Source: a virus
Lineage: Duplodnaviria; Caudoviricetes
Strand: one strand, 5' to 3'
Length of the DNA stretch: 64,000 nt
IMG/VR virus record: IMGVR_UViG_3300022933_000006
Coordinates: 574 to 64,573 of that record
The notes beneath the pieces were generated by a model. It saw only the letters and a program-made list of their open reading frames with translations, was not told where the DNA came from and searched no databases. The stretch's first letter is position 1; every line of letters starts with the position of its first letter. Below are positions 29,978-39,467 of this stretch, in pieces. A program made the translations under genes and the position numbers.

Positions 29978-30170
29978 TATTAGATACTTCACCTACAGGA
30001 TTACTCTCTTTGAAAAATAACAACATTTTGTTAAACAAAACTGCATCACTTTCGTATAGTTTTCCAGTTCTGGTTGTCTTTACAAACTTTGCAAATTTTC
30101 TAAACAGTTCTTTGTCTTCCCAAGAAACACATATTGTAGTATGAGAATTTCCTATTTTACGTCTTGCCAT
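29934..30170 (-). CDS. Putative ribbon-helix-helix DNA-binding protein
   Basis: HTTICVSWEDKELFRKFA...ESDAVLFNKML strand-helix-helix pattern; TATA box upstream. Confidence 0.5.
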   Translation of the reverse strand: MARRKIGNSHTTICVSWEDKELFRKFAKFVKTTRTGKLYESDAVLFNKMLLFFKESNPVGEVSNTTYPTKNQEPTQLR

Positions 30171-30203
30171 GATTAAATCAGTTATATATTATTATATAAA
30201 CTT

Positions 30204-30755
30204 TTAGATTGGATATGTTTCTTTAGCCTTTTTTACAGGTATAAATGGTATGGTTATTGGCAACCAAATCAGTCCCCATCTTATCCAAACCTTGATAGTA
30301 TCTTTGCTTCCATACCAGTTGTCATGTACTATTACTGTGGCAGCAGCCCCTCTGGTATTTGCCCTTCCTTCAGGTGCATTATATATTCTAGTGATATGAA
30401 AAGTTCCAACTGCTTCCTGATAAATGGCATGTAACAGTTCATGTCCAAGTGGCATTATGTTCTGTCTAATAATAAATGGATTCTTAACGTCATTGACAAA
30501 CATGTAGATTACTCTTACACCTGTAACACCCCATGCTATTCCGTCACTAGTTTCAACGTTTAGATGTTTGTAATATGATTTGAAATCCTCTTGATCTGTA
30601 ACAGGAATAATATTAAGTTCCCAATTTTCCTCAAAGTTCTTCCATGCATTGTAACCAGAAAGATTGGTTCCATCATTACCGTTTATCATAATAATACGCT
30701 GTATAATATCCCTGTATTTTTTCTCGTCAATATTTTTAGTGAAGAAATGTATCAT
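30204..30755 (-). CDS. Putative zincin (HExxH) metalloprotein
   Basis: LGHELLHAIY. Confidence 0.5.
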   Translation of the reverse strand: MIHFFTKNIDEKKYRDIIQRIIMINGNDGTNLSGYNAWKNFEENWELNIIPVTDQEDFKSYYKHLNVETSDGIAWGVTGVRVIYMFVNDVKNPFIIRQNIMPLGHELLHAIYQEAVGTFHITRIYNAPEGRANTRGAAATVIVHDNWYGSKDTIKVWIRWGLIWLPITIPFIPVKKAKETYPI

Positions 30756-30786
30756 GGTTAATCATGTAATTAACAACATATAAATA

Positions 30787-31215
30787 TTGTTAATTATATA
30801 TATCGTCATGGGTACTAAGATTACAGGAAAATATGCAGGAAACTGCAAGATCTGTGGTAGTGACTGGAAAGTTGGTGAACAGATATTTTACCAAAAAGAT
30901 CCAAAAGCCATATGTGTTGACAAGGAATGTTTCGAGGAACAGGGTGGAAAGTTTACCCCTTACAAACAACAGGGAACATTGACAAACAGTACAGGTGGAT
31001 GGGGAAAGACTCCGATAATAACAAAATTACCTGACGTAGAAGTAAGTGATGAAGTTAAAAAAATTACAGAGTATTGGGATCAGTTCTTTTTAGTCGCACA
31101 TCATAAGACAAAAGCCATTTACCCACAAGAGGATGTAAACGGTGACAGGTTTGGTCAGATAAGATCAAAGATGATGGATCAATTTATGGGACTTACAAAT
31201 CTTATAAAAGAATAG
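30787..31215 (+). CDS. Zinc-finger protein (likely start ATG 30808)
   Basis: KYAGNCKICG...GEQIFY...ICVDKEC. Confidence 0.55.
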   Translation: MLIIYIVMGTKITGKYAGNCKICGSDWKVGEQIFYQKDPKAICVDKECFEEQGGKFTPYKQQGTLTNSTGGWGKTPIITKLPDVEVSDEVKKITEYWDQFFLVAHHKTKAIYPQEDVNGDRFGQIRSKMMDQFMGLTNLIKE

Positions 31216-31246
31216 ATTTATATAATCCCTTTTTTATTATACTACC

Positions 31247-31579
31247 ATGAACGTAAGCGAAGTTCTAGATATTGACGGTTCTGTTGAAAGATCCAAAAAA
31301 CTAGTTGCTGGTGATAAAATTACCATACAAGGTTTTAAGATTAAGAACGTTGATGAAGTAGGTGCTGAAGTTGCAGAAATTTCAACCACGGAAGGTTTAC
31401 GACATTCATTCGGTAAAACAGTTATTGGTCAAGCCAAGAGTGATTACTGGAAAGATGTTGTAGCAAAATGTGTTGACAAGGATGCAGCAGATGGCTTGGA
31501 TGCCTATGTAGTTGAGAGGGAAGCTGAGAAGACAGGCAGAATGATGTTATGTCTATCCATGTTTCCACCAAAAAACTAA
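31247..31579 (+). CDS. Hypothetical protein, possibly an OB-fold ssDNA-binding protein
   Basis: Own TATA box and T-rich terminator, beta-rich, in the replication region. The function is a guess. Confidence 0.35.
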   Translation: MNVSEVLDIDGSVERSKKLVAGDKITIQGFKIKNVDEVGAEVAEISTTEGLRHSFGKTVIGQAKSDYWKDVVAKCVDKDAADGLDAYVVEREAEKTGRMMLCLSMFPPKN

Positions 31580-31763
31580 TAAATAACTCCTAACTTTTTA
31601 TTTTTATGAATCCAGATGAGCAACATGCTAAAGATTGGGCTAATGTAAAAAAATACAATGAGGAAATGCTAAAGTCTACAGGTGAAAGAAAATACGAAAT
31701 AAGAATAGATGCATGTGACAGATTATTAGCAACAATTAAATAATAAATTAGATTATTTACTAT

Positions 31764-32162
31764 GTGTCTTATTCCGACAATTCTAATCGTAGTTATAGAG
31801 TAAAGCCCTCTACTACTACAAAAGAAAGTAAAAAAGAAATTATATCTGATCGTATAGTTAAAAATAGTGGTAAACCACTTGGGAATAAGACACCGTATAT
31901 TTCTACTGGATTAGTTAAATGTTGGTCATGTCCTGAAGTTCCTAATGAATGGGAAAGACCATGTGAATATATTTTATACAAAAGTGCAAAGATGAGTGCA
32001 ATATGCAGGGATAACAAACATAAAATATACCCTATATCATTTCATGACAAGGTAAGATGCATGATATGTGAGGTAAATGATATTAATCCTGAGGACTTGG
32101 GTGTACATTATAACCACCCATTGACAGGTCAAACTGACTGGAATCGTGACTACGGTGAGTAA
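31764..32162 (+). CDS. Cys-rich hypothetical protein
   Basis: CWSC, CMIC; GTG start. Confidence 0.45.
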   Translation: MSYSDNSNRSYRVKPSTTTKESKKEIISDRIVKNSGKPLGNKTPYISTGLVKCWSCPEVPNEWERPCEYILYKSAKMSAICRDNKHKIYPISFHDKVRCMICEVNDINPEDLGVHYNHPLTGQTDWNRDYGE

Positions 32163-32508
32163 GAAATGTAACCGTTGTGGCAAAGGTGGGCTTGACTGGA
32201 ATAAAGAATACTTTGAAAAAAAAGGTAAATGGCAGTTAATGGATCATAAGAAAAAAGACGGAGAGTGGTGTGTAAGAAACAATTATGTCAAACAAAAAGA
32301 AACCAAAAGAGATATTAGACTTTGTGAACTTTGTTCAGAAACAAGTTTTGGAATGTGTGTTGGTGAACAAGGATTAAAAGAACATAAAGAAAAATATCAT
32401 CCTAACGGAGAAGTGTTATCAGAGTTGGATTATATAGCAGCACATCAGTCAAAATTTATAACTAAAAAATTTTGGAAACATGATCCTCATTATGAAAAAT
32501 ATCTATAA
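32146..32508 (+). CDS. Double zinc-finger protein
   Basis: CNRCG...H...C and CELC...H....H. Confidence 0.55.
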   Translation: MTTVSKKCNRCGKGGLDWNKEYFEKKGKWQLMDHKKKDGEWCVRNNYVKQKETKRDIRLCELCSETSFGMCVGEQGLKEHKEKYHPNGEVLSELDYIAAHQSKFITKKFWKHDPHYEKYL

Positions 32509-32541
32509 GTTTAAATAACTGTAAGATTTATAACATACAGT

Positions 32542-33342
32542 TTGTTTTCAAAGAAAATTGAAATAAATTTAGATAAAAAAGATGATACTATACATTTAGA
32601 ACCGATAAGCGATATTCATATTGGTCATGCTGGTTTTGATGAAGACTTGTACAAAAAAAGAATAGCAGCAATATGCAGAGACAAAAACAGATATACATTT
32701 TTTGGTGGAGATGCACTTGATGCAATTACAACTTATGATAAAAGATTTAATCCTGACATGAGTTTGGAACATGACATAGACAACCAAAGACAAAGGTGGC
32801 AGGACATGTCACAAAAATTATTTGACATTCATGACAAACAAAAAAATGAAAAGATATGGGGATTCTTTCACGGTAATCACGATTACAAAATACCTCAAAT
32901 AAGCAGGGCATATTTACAAAATACAATGTGTACTCCAAACAATCTAACATTCATGGGAAGTCGTGGAGTACTAGGACTTGAGATAAAGTACAATAAAAAA
33001 ATATTGGCACAATGGTCTATCCTGTTTATTCACGGTTCAGGTGGGGGTAAACCAGAAAGAATGATGGAACAAATGAAACATAATGCTTACTATGACGTAT
33101 TCCTATGTGGTCACTTGCATCAGAAAAGATATCAACCTGAATTAGTATATGATTTTGACTGGAGTACTGGAAAAACATGGGAAAGGGACATACATTTAGG
33201 CAATACAGGCACGTTTTGTAAGACTTTGATAGAAAACACGGATGGTTATATGGACAGAAAGAATGAAGTTATAGGTTCACAAATAGGTACATTGACATTA
33301 TCATTTAATGCAGAGGAAGGAACTATCAATGGTCATATCTAA
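32542..33342 (+). CDS. Calcineurin-like metallophosphoesterase
   Basis: SDIH, GGD, GNHD, IHG and GHLH motifs in canonical order. Confidence 0.88.
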   Translation: MFSKKIEINLDKKDDTIHLEPISDIHIGHAGFDEDLYKKRIAAICRDKNRYTFFGGDALDAITTYDKRFNPDMSLEHDIDNQRQRWQDMSQKLFDIHDKQKNEKIWGFFHGNHDYKIPQISRAYLQNTMCTPNNLTFMGSRGVLGLEIKYNKKILAQWSILFIHGSGGGKPERMMEQMKHNAYYDVFLCGHLHQKRYQPELVYDFDWSTGKTWERDIHLGNTGTFCKTLIENTDGYMDRKNEVIGSQIGTLTLSFNAEEGTINGHI

Positions 33343-33601
33343 ACCAATAAGAAGGAATAAGAAAACTTCTAAAAGTGTAGTAGTAATACAACTACCTAGA
33401 AGAATATCAACTCATGATAGAATTATAAATGTTTTAAAAGACTATAAAAACGGACTACCTTTAAATGAAATTCATTATAAGAGTCAAATACCAAGTCTAG
33501 GAAATCTACACCATACTGTAAAGTTTATGGTAAGAGCAGGGGAAATAAAACAATATACATGTGACAAATGCTGTAGTACAGAGTTATACAAGCTCATATA
33601 A
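33308..33601 (+). CDS. Winged-helix protein with C-terminal zinc ribbon (likely start ATG 33329)
   Basis: RIINVLKDYKNGLPLNEI...MVRAGEI, then CDKC. Confidence 0.55.
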   Translation: MQRKELSMVISKPIRRNKKTSKSVVVIQLPRRISTHDRIINVLKDYKNGLPLNEIHYKSQIPSLGNLHHTVKFMVRAGEIKQYTCDKCCSTELYKLI

Positions 33602-33639
33602 TTAGACAAGTTTATATTCATTAAATCTGATTGGTCTAT

Positions 33640-33777
33640 ATGTTTATCAATATTTGTTGGAAACAAAACGGTGAAGTTAAAAAAGCATTACAACCTATCA
33701 ATAAAGCTAGTAAACTAATCCAAGAGATGGAGAGCCAAGGAGTTAAAACTTGGTTCGAGCTAGAACAAACAGCATAA
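33640..33777 (+). CDS. Small hypothetical protein (45 aa, not in ORF track)
   Basis: TTTATATT box 30 nt upstream and a CCT-tract terminator downstream. Confidence 0.5.
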   Translation: MFINICWKQNGEVKKALQPINKASKLIQEMESQGVKTWFELEQTA

Positions 33778-33816
33778 CCATACAAAACCTTTTTTTATTT
33801 TTTTACATCTATTATT

Positions 33817-33909
33817 TGTTAATAACTTAATTAACTTTTTTGTGCCTAATTTTTTCTACAACAGCGTTATATTTACGCCTAAAATGTTAATTAACTTATT
33901 AACTTTTTT
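33817..33909 (+). repeat. Imperfect 25-bp AT-rich direct repeat upstream of the RHH-MCM operon
   Basis: TGTTAATAACTTAATTAACTTTTTT (33817-33841) and TGTTAATTAACTTATTAACTTTTTT (33885-33909). Confidence 0.7.
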
Positions 33910-33977
33910 TTTCCTGTACTAGCTTTAATCTTAATTAATTAGATAGACATATATATCCTAATTATAATTAATATATT

Positions 33978-34280
33978 ATGAATTTTAAGAAGACAACTAC
34001 AATATCAATCAGTAGTAAAACAAAGTCAATCTTTGAAGCGTTGGAAGAAACTAGACCAAAAAATATATCCTTTAGTTTGTTCTTAGCTATGGCAGTTGAA
34101 GAATACGTTTCAAATCACGGTAAGAAAGTAACCAATGCAAAATATCCTAGAATAATGGATAGAATGGATGTTTGGAATGAATGTATTGAAGACTTGTCAA
34201 ATGACAATTTGATAAACTTTAATGAACGTGTATCACAACTCAACAACAAAATAAGAAAGGAGCTTAATAAAAGATTATGA
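33978..34280 (+). CDS. Putative ribbon-helix-helix regulator with coiled-coil tail
   Basis: TTTISIS...IFEALEE...ISFSLFLAMAVEEYV; overlaps the MCM start (ATGA). Confidence 0.55.
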   Translation: MNFKKTTTISISSKTKSIFEALEETRPKNISFSLFLAMAVEEYVSNHGKKVTNAKYPRIMDRMDVWNECIEDLSNDNLINFNERVSQLNNKIRKELNKRL

Positions 34281-36229
34281 CAGAATACACAGAATCAGCA
34301 AAGATTGATATTTTAAAACAGGCATTGATTGACAACAGATATACTGATGTCATAGACTCAATGCGACCTGACTCAACAATTTCAATCAACCCATCACAAG
34401 ATGGTTTTATTGATATTTTTATTGACAGTACAAATGACTTTATGGCATTATTATTTGAAGCAATATACAGAGTAAAGGCACAAAAAGATACAAATTTAGA
34501 ATTAATTAGAGCATCATTTTCCAATGTAAAGATAGACTTGGTAGGTGAATTGCTTGTAAACATGCATGATATCAATACCAAGAATGAGAACTGTACCGTT
34601 ACATTTGAGTGTCAGATACTTGCAACAGATTCTCCAAAGTCTTACATTAAGGAAGCAACTTTTGAATGTGCTATTTGTAACAGAGAGTATGAAGCAAAAT
34701 GTGACTTGGATAGAAAGATAGTGCCACCATTATGCAGTAACACACAATGCAAACATGCTAAAACAATGATAAGAACCGACATGATGGTTACTGATGATGT
34801 GCAAACCATACTCATGCAAGAGCCTATGGACAAGTCAAGAAACAGTTCTCCTATCATATTCATAGGTAAACTGGTAGGTAATTTGGTCAGAACCTCATAT
34901 GTAGGACAGAAAAAACAGATTACAGGCTTGTTTAGAAGTGATATTGACCTTAAAAAGAACGAACATGACATATTTATAGACATATTATCTGTGAGAGACT
35001 TGAATGATGTTACTCCATTGTTACCAAGTGATGAAGAAAAACAAAAACTAATCAAAGATTCAAAACAAGACGGTTTTATTGACAAAGTTATAGGTTCTTT
35101 TGCTCCAATGATATACGGTTACAATGACATAAAACTGTCAATATTATTACAGTTAGCTGGTGGTGTAAAGACCAAGAAAAGAGGTGATATTAACATGTTT
35201 TTGATAGGTGATCCAAGTATGGCAAAGTCGGAACTGTTAAAATTTGCTAGTGGTCTAGTACAAAAATCAATATACACAAGTGGCAGAGGTTCATCAGCAG
35301 CAGGTCTTACAATAGGAATTGTCAAAATGTCAGATGGAAGAAGTATTGCACAGGCAGGTGTATTACCAATGTGTGACGGTGGACTAGCATGTATAGACGA
35401 GTTTGACAAGATGAATATAGACGACAGAAGTGCAATGCATGAAGCTATGGAACAGCAAACAGTATCAATAGCAAAGGCTGGAATTGCAATGACTTTACCA
35501 AGTCGTACAAGCGTACTTGCAGCAGCCAATCCAAAGTATGGAATGTATGACAATGACAACTCATTGAAAGATAACATCAACATACCAACACCGTTATTGT
35601 CAAGATTTGATTTGATATGGCTTATTCAGGACAAAATACATATGACTTCCGACAGATTAAAGGCAAACCATATCCTTGATTCATTTGACAATGACATGAC
35701 TGACGATTGCTATATGACAGAAGAACTTATGATTAAATATATTAATTTTGCAAAATCATTTACACCAAAACTAACATCAGATGCAAAGAAAACATTATTG
35801 GATATTTATGAAGCAATGAGAAAATCATCTGCAACAAGTGAAATGCCAGTAGGTACTAGACAGTTGGAAGCAACAGTCAGATTGGCAATGGCTTACGCAA
35901 AATTACATTTCAGAGATGAGGTAAATAGTGATGATATTTGTAAAATTAAATACCTTATAGAAAAAACATATGAGTCATTTGGAAGCAGTATCAGTAGTGG
36001 TGGTGTCCAGTCACAGATATTCCAAGACAATAAATCAACAAAGGAACATGAAGTATTGGCAGTATGGAACACATGTAAGAACCTAGAAGGCAAGGTAAAA
36101 CTTAGAGACTTTGAGAAAGCATTGATTGAAAACGGTATGAGTAAGGAGAAGGTAGAAGCAGTAATTTCCAAATGGGAAAATAACAATGCCATCAAATTGA
36201 ATAGTGACGGTACATATACTAGAATTTAG
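34277..36229 (+). CDS. mcm: MCM replicative helicase
   Basis: Zinc finger CAIC/CSNTQC, Walker A GDPSMAKS, SSAAGLT, IDEFDKM, HEAMEQQTVSIAKAG, AAANP, LLSRFD. Confidence 0.97.
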   Translation: MTEYTESAKIDILKQALIDNRYTDVIDSMRPDSTISINPSQDGFIDIFIDSTNDFMALLFEAIYRVKAQKDTNLELIRASFSNVKIDLVGELLVNMHDINTKNENCTVTFECQILATDSPKSYIKEATFECAICNREYEAKCDLDRKIVPPLCSNTQCKHAKTMIRTDMMVTDDVQTILMQEPMDKSRNSSPIIFIGKLVGNLVRTSYVGQKKQITGLFRSDIDLKKNEHDIFIDILSVRDLNDVTPLLPSDEEKQKLIKDSKQDGFIDKVIGSFAPMIYGYNDIKLSILLQLAGGVKTKKRGDINMFLIGDPSMAKSELLKFASGLVQKSIYTSGRGSSAAGLTIGIVKMSDGRSIAQAGVLPMCDGGLACIDEFDKMNIDDRSAMHEAMEQQTVSIAKAGIAMTLPSRTSVLAAANPKYGMYDNDNSLKDNINIPTPLLSRFDLIWLIQDKIHMTSDRLKANHILDSFDNDMTDDCYMTEELMIKYINFAKSFTPKLTSDAKKTLLDIYEAMRKSSATSEMPVGTRQLEATVRLAMAYAKLHFRDEVNSDDICKIKYLIEKTYESFGSSISSGGVQSQIFQDNKSTKEHEVLAVWNTCKNLEGKVKLRDFEKALIENGMSKEKVEAVISKWENNNAIKLNSDGTYTRI

Positions 36230-36264
36230 AAACACTAATATTGAAGCAGTTTTCATGATACTAT

Positions 36265-37311
36265 GTGATGGTTATAGATGACGATGATATTGAGTCAGTA
36301 GAAACATTGGAAGAAACTCTTACTCCTGAGGAAACAACGGAGATTACATCAGTTGATTTAGAACTCGGTGTAGATCAACTTAAAGGTGTTGGTGCTGTAA
36401 CCCAAAAGAAATTACAAACATTCGGAGTAACATCACTTATAGATTTATGTATTAGAGGTGCTCAGGAAATTAAAGAAATTACAGGCGTGGCAAAACCAAC
36501 TTGTGACAGTTGGGTATTTCAAGCACAAAAAATATTAGAAGACAATGACTTGATTAGAAAATCAGATATGAGTACTATTGACTTGTGGGAATATCAGAAA
36601 GCATATCCAGTTATATCTACAAAATGTACAGAGGTTGACAATTTAATTGATGGTGGTGTAAGACCAGAAGCAACATACGAGGTATATGGAGAGTTTGGAG
36701 CTGGCAAGACACAGTTTTGTAACTCACTTACAGTAGAAACAATACATGACGGTAACAACGTAATATGGATAGACTGTGAAGATACATTCAAGCCAAATAG
36801 AATAGCAGAAATACTAAAAGCAAGAGAGTATGCAGAGGATGATGAAGAATGTGCTAAATATCTTAGTCAAATTACCTACCTTTATTGTCCAAATACAGAA
36901 CAGTTAATGGGAACTATTAACGGACTTAGTAAGATATTAGATGCTAAGAAACCTAAACTTGTAATATTAGACGGTGCAATAGGACAGTTCAGAGAAGAAT
37001 ATCTTGGCAGAGGAACATTAGCAGAAAGACAAATGCAGATAGCAAGACTAATGAGTCATATCAAGAACATATCATTTTACTTTAGATGTGCTGTTGTATT
37101 TACCAATCAAGTACAAAGTGATCCAAGCATGATGTTTGGTGATCCAATAAAACCAATAGGTGGTAATGTAGTTGCTCATGCAAGTGGCTACAGGTTATAT
37201 TTTAAGAAATCAGGTAAGAAAAGATTGGCAAGAATGATAGACTCTCCTGAACACGCTATGGCAGATGCAGAATACATACTAACTGCTAAAGGCATAGATA
37301 ATGTCGAGTAA
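36265..37311 (+). CDS. radA: Archaeal-type RadA recombinase
   Basis: N-terminal HhH (LKGVG), GEFGAGKTQ, IDCEDTF, YLGRGTLAERQ, TNQV, PIGGNVVAH, DSP. Confidence 0.95.
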   Translation: MMVIDDDDIESVETLEETLTPEETTEITSVDLELGVDQLKGVGAVTQKKLQTFGVTSLIDLCIRGAQEIKEITGVAKPTCDSWVFQAQKILEDNDLIRKSDMSTIDLWEYQKAYPVISTKCTEVDNLIDGGVRPEATYEVYGEFGAGKTQFCNSLTVETIHDGNNVIWIDCEDTFKPNRIAEILKAREYAEDDEECAKYLSQITYLYCPNTEQLMGTINGLSKILDAKKPKLVILDGAIGQFREEYLGRGTLAERQMQIARLMSHIKNISFYFRCAVVFTNQVQSDPSMMFGDPIKPIGGNVVAHASGYRLYFKKSGKKRLARMIDSPEHAMADAEYILTAKGIDNVE

Positions 37312-37627
37312 GAAAGAAGAATCTGACACATTAAAAAGAAAGATAGCTGCAAAGCCACAATTTGATTTGAAATGCAAGGTATGTCACAAGAAATTCGGGA
37401 AACATTTTACATTTCATCATAAAAGATACTTGGCAAGTGACAAGATTTATAGTGATTTTAAGACAACATATGATTACAATCTATATGTATTGCCAATAAT
37501 AGACAAAGATCCAAACAGGTTTGTACTGTTATGTAAGGGACATCATACACTAGTAGAGAAACTTAAACGATTCAAGTTAGACAAGTTAGAAAGACTGTTC
37601 AAAGTGGTAAAGGAGAGTAAACAATGA
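37301..37627 (+). CDS. HNH-like zinc-binding nuclease
   Basis: CKVC...FHH...LLCKGHH. Confidence 0.55.
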   Translation: MSSKKEESDTLKRKIAAKPQFDLKCKVCHKKFGKHFTFHHKRYLASDKIYSDFKTTYDYNLYVLPIIDKDPNRFVLLCKGHHTLVEKLKRFKLDKLERLFKVVKESKQ

Positions 37628-37773
37628 TTAAACATCTTAAAGATAACAATATGACATATATTCAACATTTTACAAGGGCAATGTCTATGAGTCTAGCCTT
37701 ATTCATTCACGCTTTCATACCAAATGCTTTCCCAACTTATGCTAGTGATAAGATGAAAGAGGATGATGAATAA
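37624..37773 (+). CDS. Small hydrophobic protein, DUF6356-like (49 aa, not in ORF track)
   Basis: HLKDNNMTYIQHF...IHAFIPNAFPTYAS; overlaps both neighbours. Confidence 0.55.
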   Translation: MIKHLKDNNMTYIQHFTRAMSMSLALFIHAFIPNAFPTYASDKMKEDDE

Positions 37774-38162
37774 TGGAAATAATAGGTCAGGGAGAGGTGG
37801 CTGCATTGGAAATAATCAAGGATATGTTTGGTAACAGTTGCGAATATCTCACTCAGGTCAAATTATCTGATATGGTTACTCCTGAATATCTTGAGACATT
37901 CAGCGATAGACAGTTAAAAGAAACAATAGATATTGTGGTAGATACAGGATTTCAGTATCTAGCAATAAGAGTACAGGACAAACATCATGTTAGTGCAAGA
38001 ATGGCTACCATAGACAATATACAGAAAAAGATGCTAGAATGGAATGGGTGGAAAGTCATAGACATTTGGCATTATGAATGCAAGGAACTTTGGAAGGACA
38101 AGGTAAATGAAAAGTCAAGATTAGAGTTAGAAAATGCAATCAAAGAATCAAGCATAGATTAA
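37773..38162 (+). CDS. Vsr/DUF559-like PD-(D/E)XK endonuclease
   Basis: IDIVV...AIRVQDKHH...D..Q...LEWNGWKVIDIW. Confidence 0.6.
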   Translation: MEIIGQGEVAALEIIKDMFGNSCEYLTQVKLSDMVTPEYLETFSDRQLKETIDIVVDTGFQYLAIRVQDKHHVSARMATIDNIQKKMLEWNGWKVIDIWHYECKELWKDKVNEKSRLELENAIKESSID

Positions 38163-38191
38163 TTTATATATGTGTTATATTAAGAATTTGG

Positions 38192-38467
38192 GTGTACAGA
38201 AATTCATACCAGATTACAGAAGATATTTTAGACAATGTAACAAGGTCAGGTCAAAATGGAATTCAAGTAACAACTCTTGTCAGAAAATCAAATTTATCCT
38301 ATTCCAGATTAATATCATTTGTTAGTAAACTTTCACAATCAGAGTTAATTAACAAAATAGAAGTTGATGGTAAGAATACTTTTATCATAACTGAAAAAGG
38401 TAGAGTTTATTTAGATGAGTATAAGAAATTTTCAACCATTGCAGAAAACTTTGGTTTGGAGTTATGA
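38192..38467 (+). CDS. Archaeal winged-helix transcription regulator
   Basis: RNSYQITEDIL...TTLVRKSNLSY...LI...FIITEKGRVYL, a family common in archaea; GTG start. Confidence 0.8.
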   Translation: MYRNSYQITEDILDNVTRSGQNGIQVTTLVRKSNLSYSRLISFVSKLSQSELINKIEVDGKNTFIITEKGRVYLDEYKKFSTIAENFGLEL

Positions 38468-38928
38468 CAGTTTGTGATAAATGTGGTCATGGTATGCTTT
38501 TGCACGGTTGTGTGGGTAATAAGGGTTATTGCAGTGAGGGTAATGGAAACTGGTGTGAATGTACTGAAAAAGGAAAGACTTATGAAGAAGAAATTTCTGA
38601 CTTACAACATGAAAGGATTATGTCATAAATGTCACTCATCAAATGTTGAAGTGAATTATAAAATAATATGTAGAGAATGTTTTAAAAATGATAATTAGAG
38701 GTTGTGTAAGATGCAAATGTTCCTTTAGTTATAAAGGACAATTAGGTGTAGGTAGAGGTAAAATGACCAGAAAATATTGTAATGAATGTAAAGTATTACA
38801 ACATAGAGATGAGTCTAGATTATACCAGAGGAAAAGAAGACATGAAATGTCCTAGATGTAAGAAACAATACAACAGTCCTTGGCAAGAATGTGGTAGTTG
38901 TATTACAAAGTATTATCCAGAAACTTAA
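38464..38928 (+). CDS. Chain of four overlapping zinc-finger microprotein ORFs (38464-38628, 38609-38698, 38688-38855, 38842-38928)
   Basis: CDKCGH..C..CEC; CHKC..CREC; CVRC..YCNEC; CPRC..CGSC. Each start overlaps the previous ORF end. Confidence 0.55.
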
Positions 38929-38998
38929 TCCCAAGAGGGGAAGAATGAGATTTACGCACTCATTCACTACCGACTTGGTAGAACGGACTAAACTAGCC
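38925..38998 (-). ncRNA. Candidate small structured RNA (three-way junction)
   Basis: TTTATATA box about 30 nt upstream on the minus strand; stems UUAGUCC/GGAUUAA, CUACC/GGUAG, GAAUGAG/CUCAUUC; no ORF. Confidence 0.45.
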
Positions 38999-39033
38999 TA
39001 ATTATGATATGTATAAGAAATATATAAAGTTTA

Positions 39034-39144
39034 GGATTATCTCTTTCAGGTATCTAGAATCCACAACTCAAGACAATTCCTAATGGTTTAAGAGGGCTAC
39101 CGTGATCTACAACTTGTGCGTGAAACGGGTAATCCCTGACAACC
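39034..39144 (-). ncRNA. Candidate ~110-nt structured RNA
   Basis: TTTATATT box about 29 nt upstream; ends pair (GGUUGUC/GAUAAUC); inner stem AGGGAUUACC-GU/ACGGUAGCCCU; GC-richer than flanks; no ORF. Confidence 0.4.
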
Positions 39145-39233
39145 GTATTAGCTATATAAAGCACTAATATAAACTTATTGTTATGCCTATTTTAAACAAG
39201 TATATTTTAATAATATAAAAAATATCAAATATT

Positions 39234-39467
39234 ATGGTAACGTCAGATTTCCGTGTATTTGGAGAGGTAGATAGAGGTAACTATTTTCCTGAGACTGATA
39301 GAATAATTATATTTCTAAGTTCACATGAAACATTAGATGATTTATTTAGTACAATTATTCATGAACATTTACATTACTGTATAAATCAAACAGGTGAAAT
39401 AATGGATGATGATCAGGAAGAAAGGATTATTTATATTATGAGCTGGGCTGACGAATACTTGGCATAA
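39234..39467 (+). CDS. Minimal zincin-like (HExxH) protein
   Basis: RGNYF...IIIFL...TIIHEHLH...EE. Confidence 0.55.
   Translation: MVTSDFRVFGEVDRGNYFPETDRIIIFLSSHETLDDLFSTIIHEHLHYCINQTGEIMDDDQEERIIYIMSWADEYLA

Noticed and set aside
34277-37311. Inteins or introns in MCM, RadA or terminase
   Set aside because: Lengths are normal and motifs contiguous; no intein-like insertion boundaries.
38474-38698. ORF-track 74-aa protein
   Set aside because: Better explained as two overlapping zinc-finger ORFs (38464-38628 in another frame, and 38609-38698).
38925-38998. Canonical tRNA gene
   Set aside because: No T-arm with GTTCRA, no standard D-loop GG and no 7-nt anticodon loop; kept only as an ncRNA candidate.
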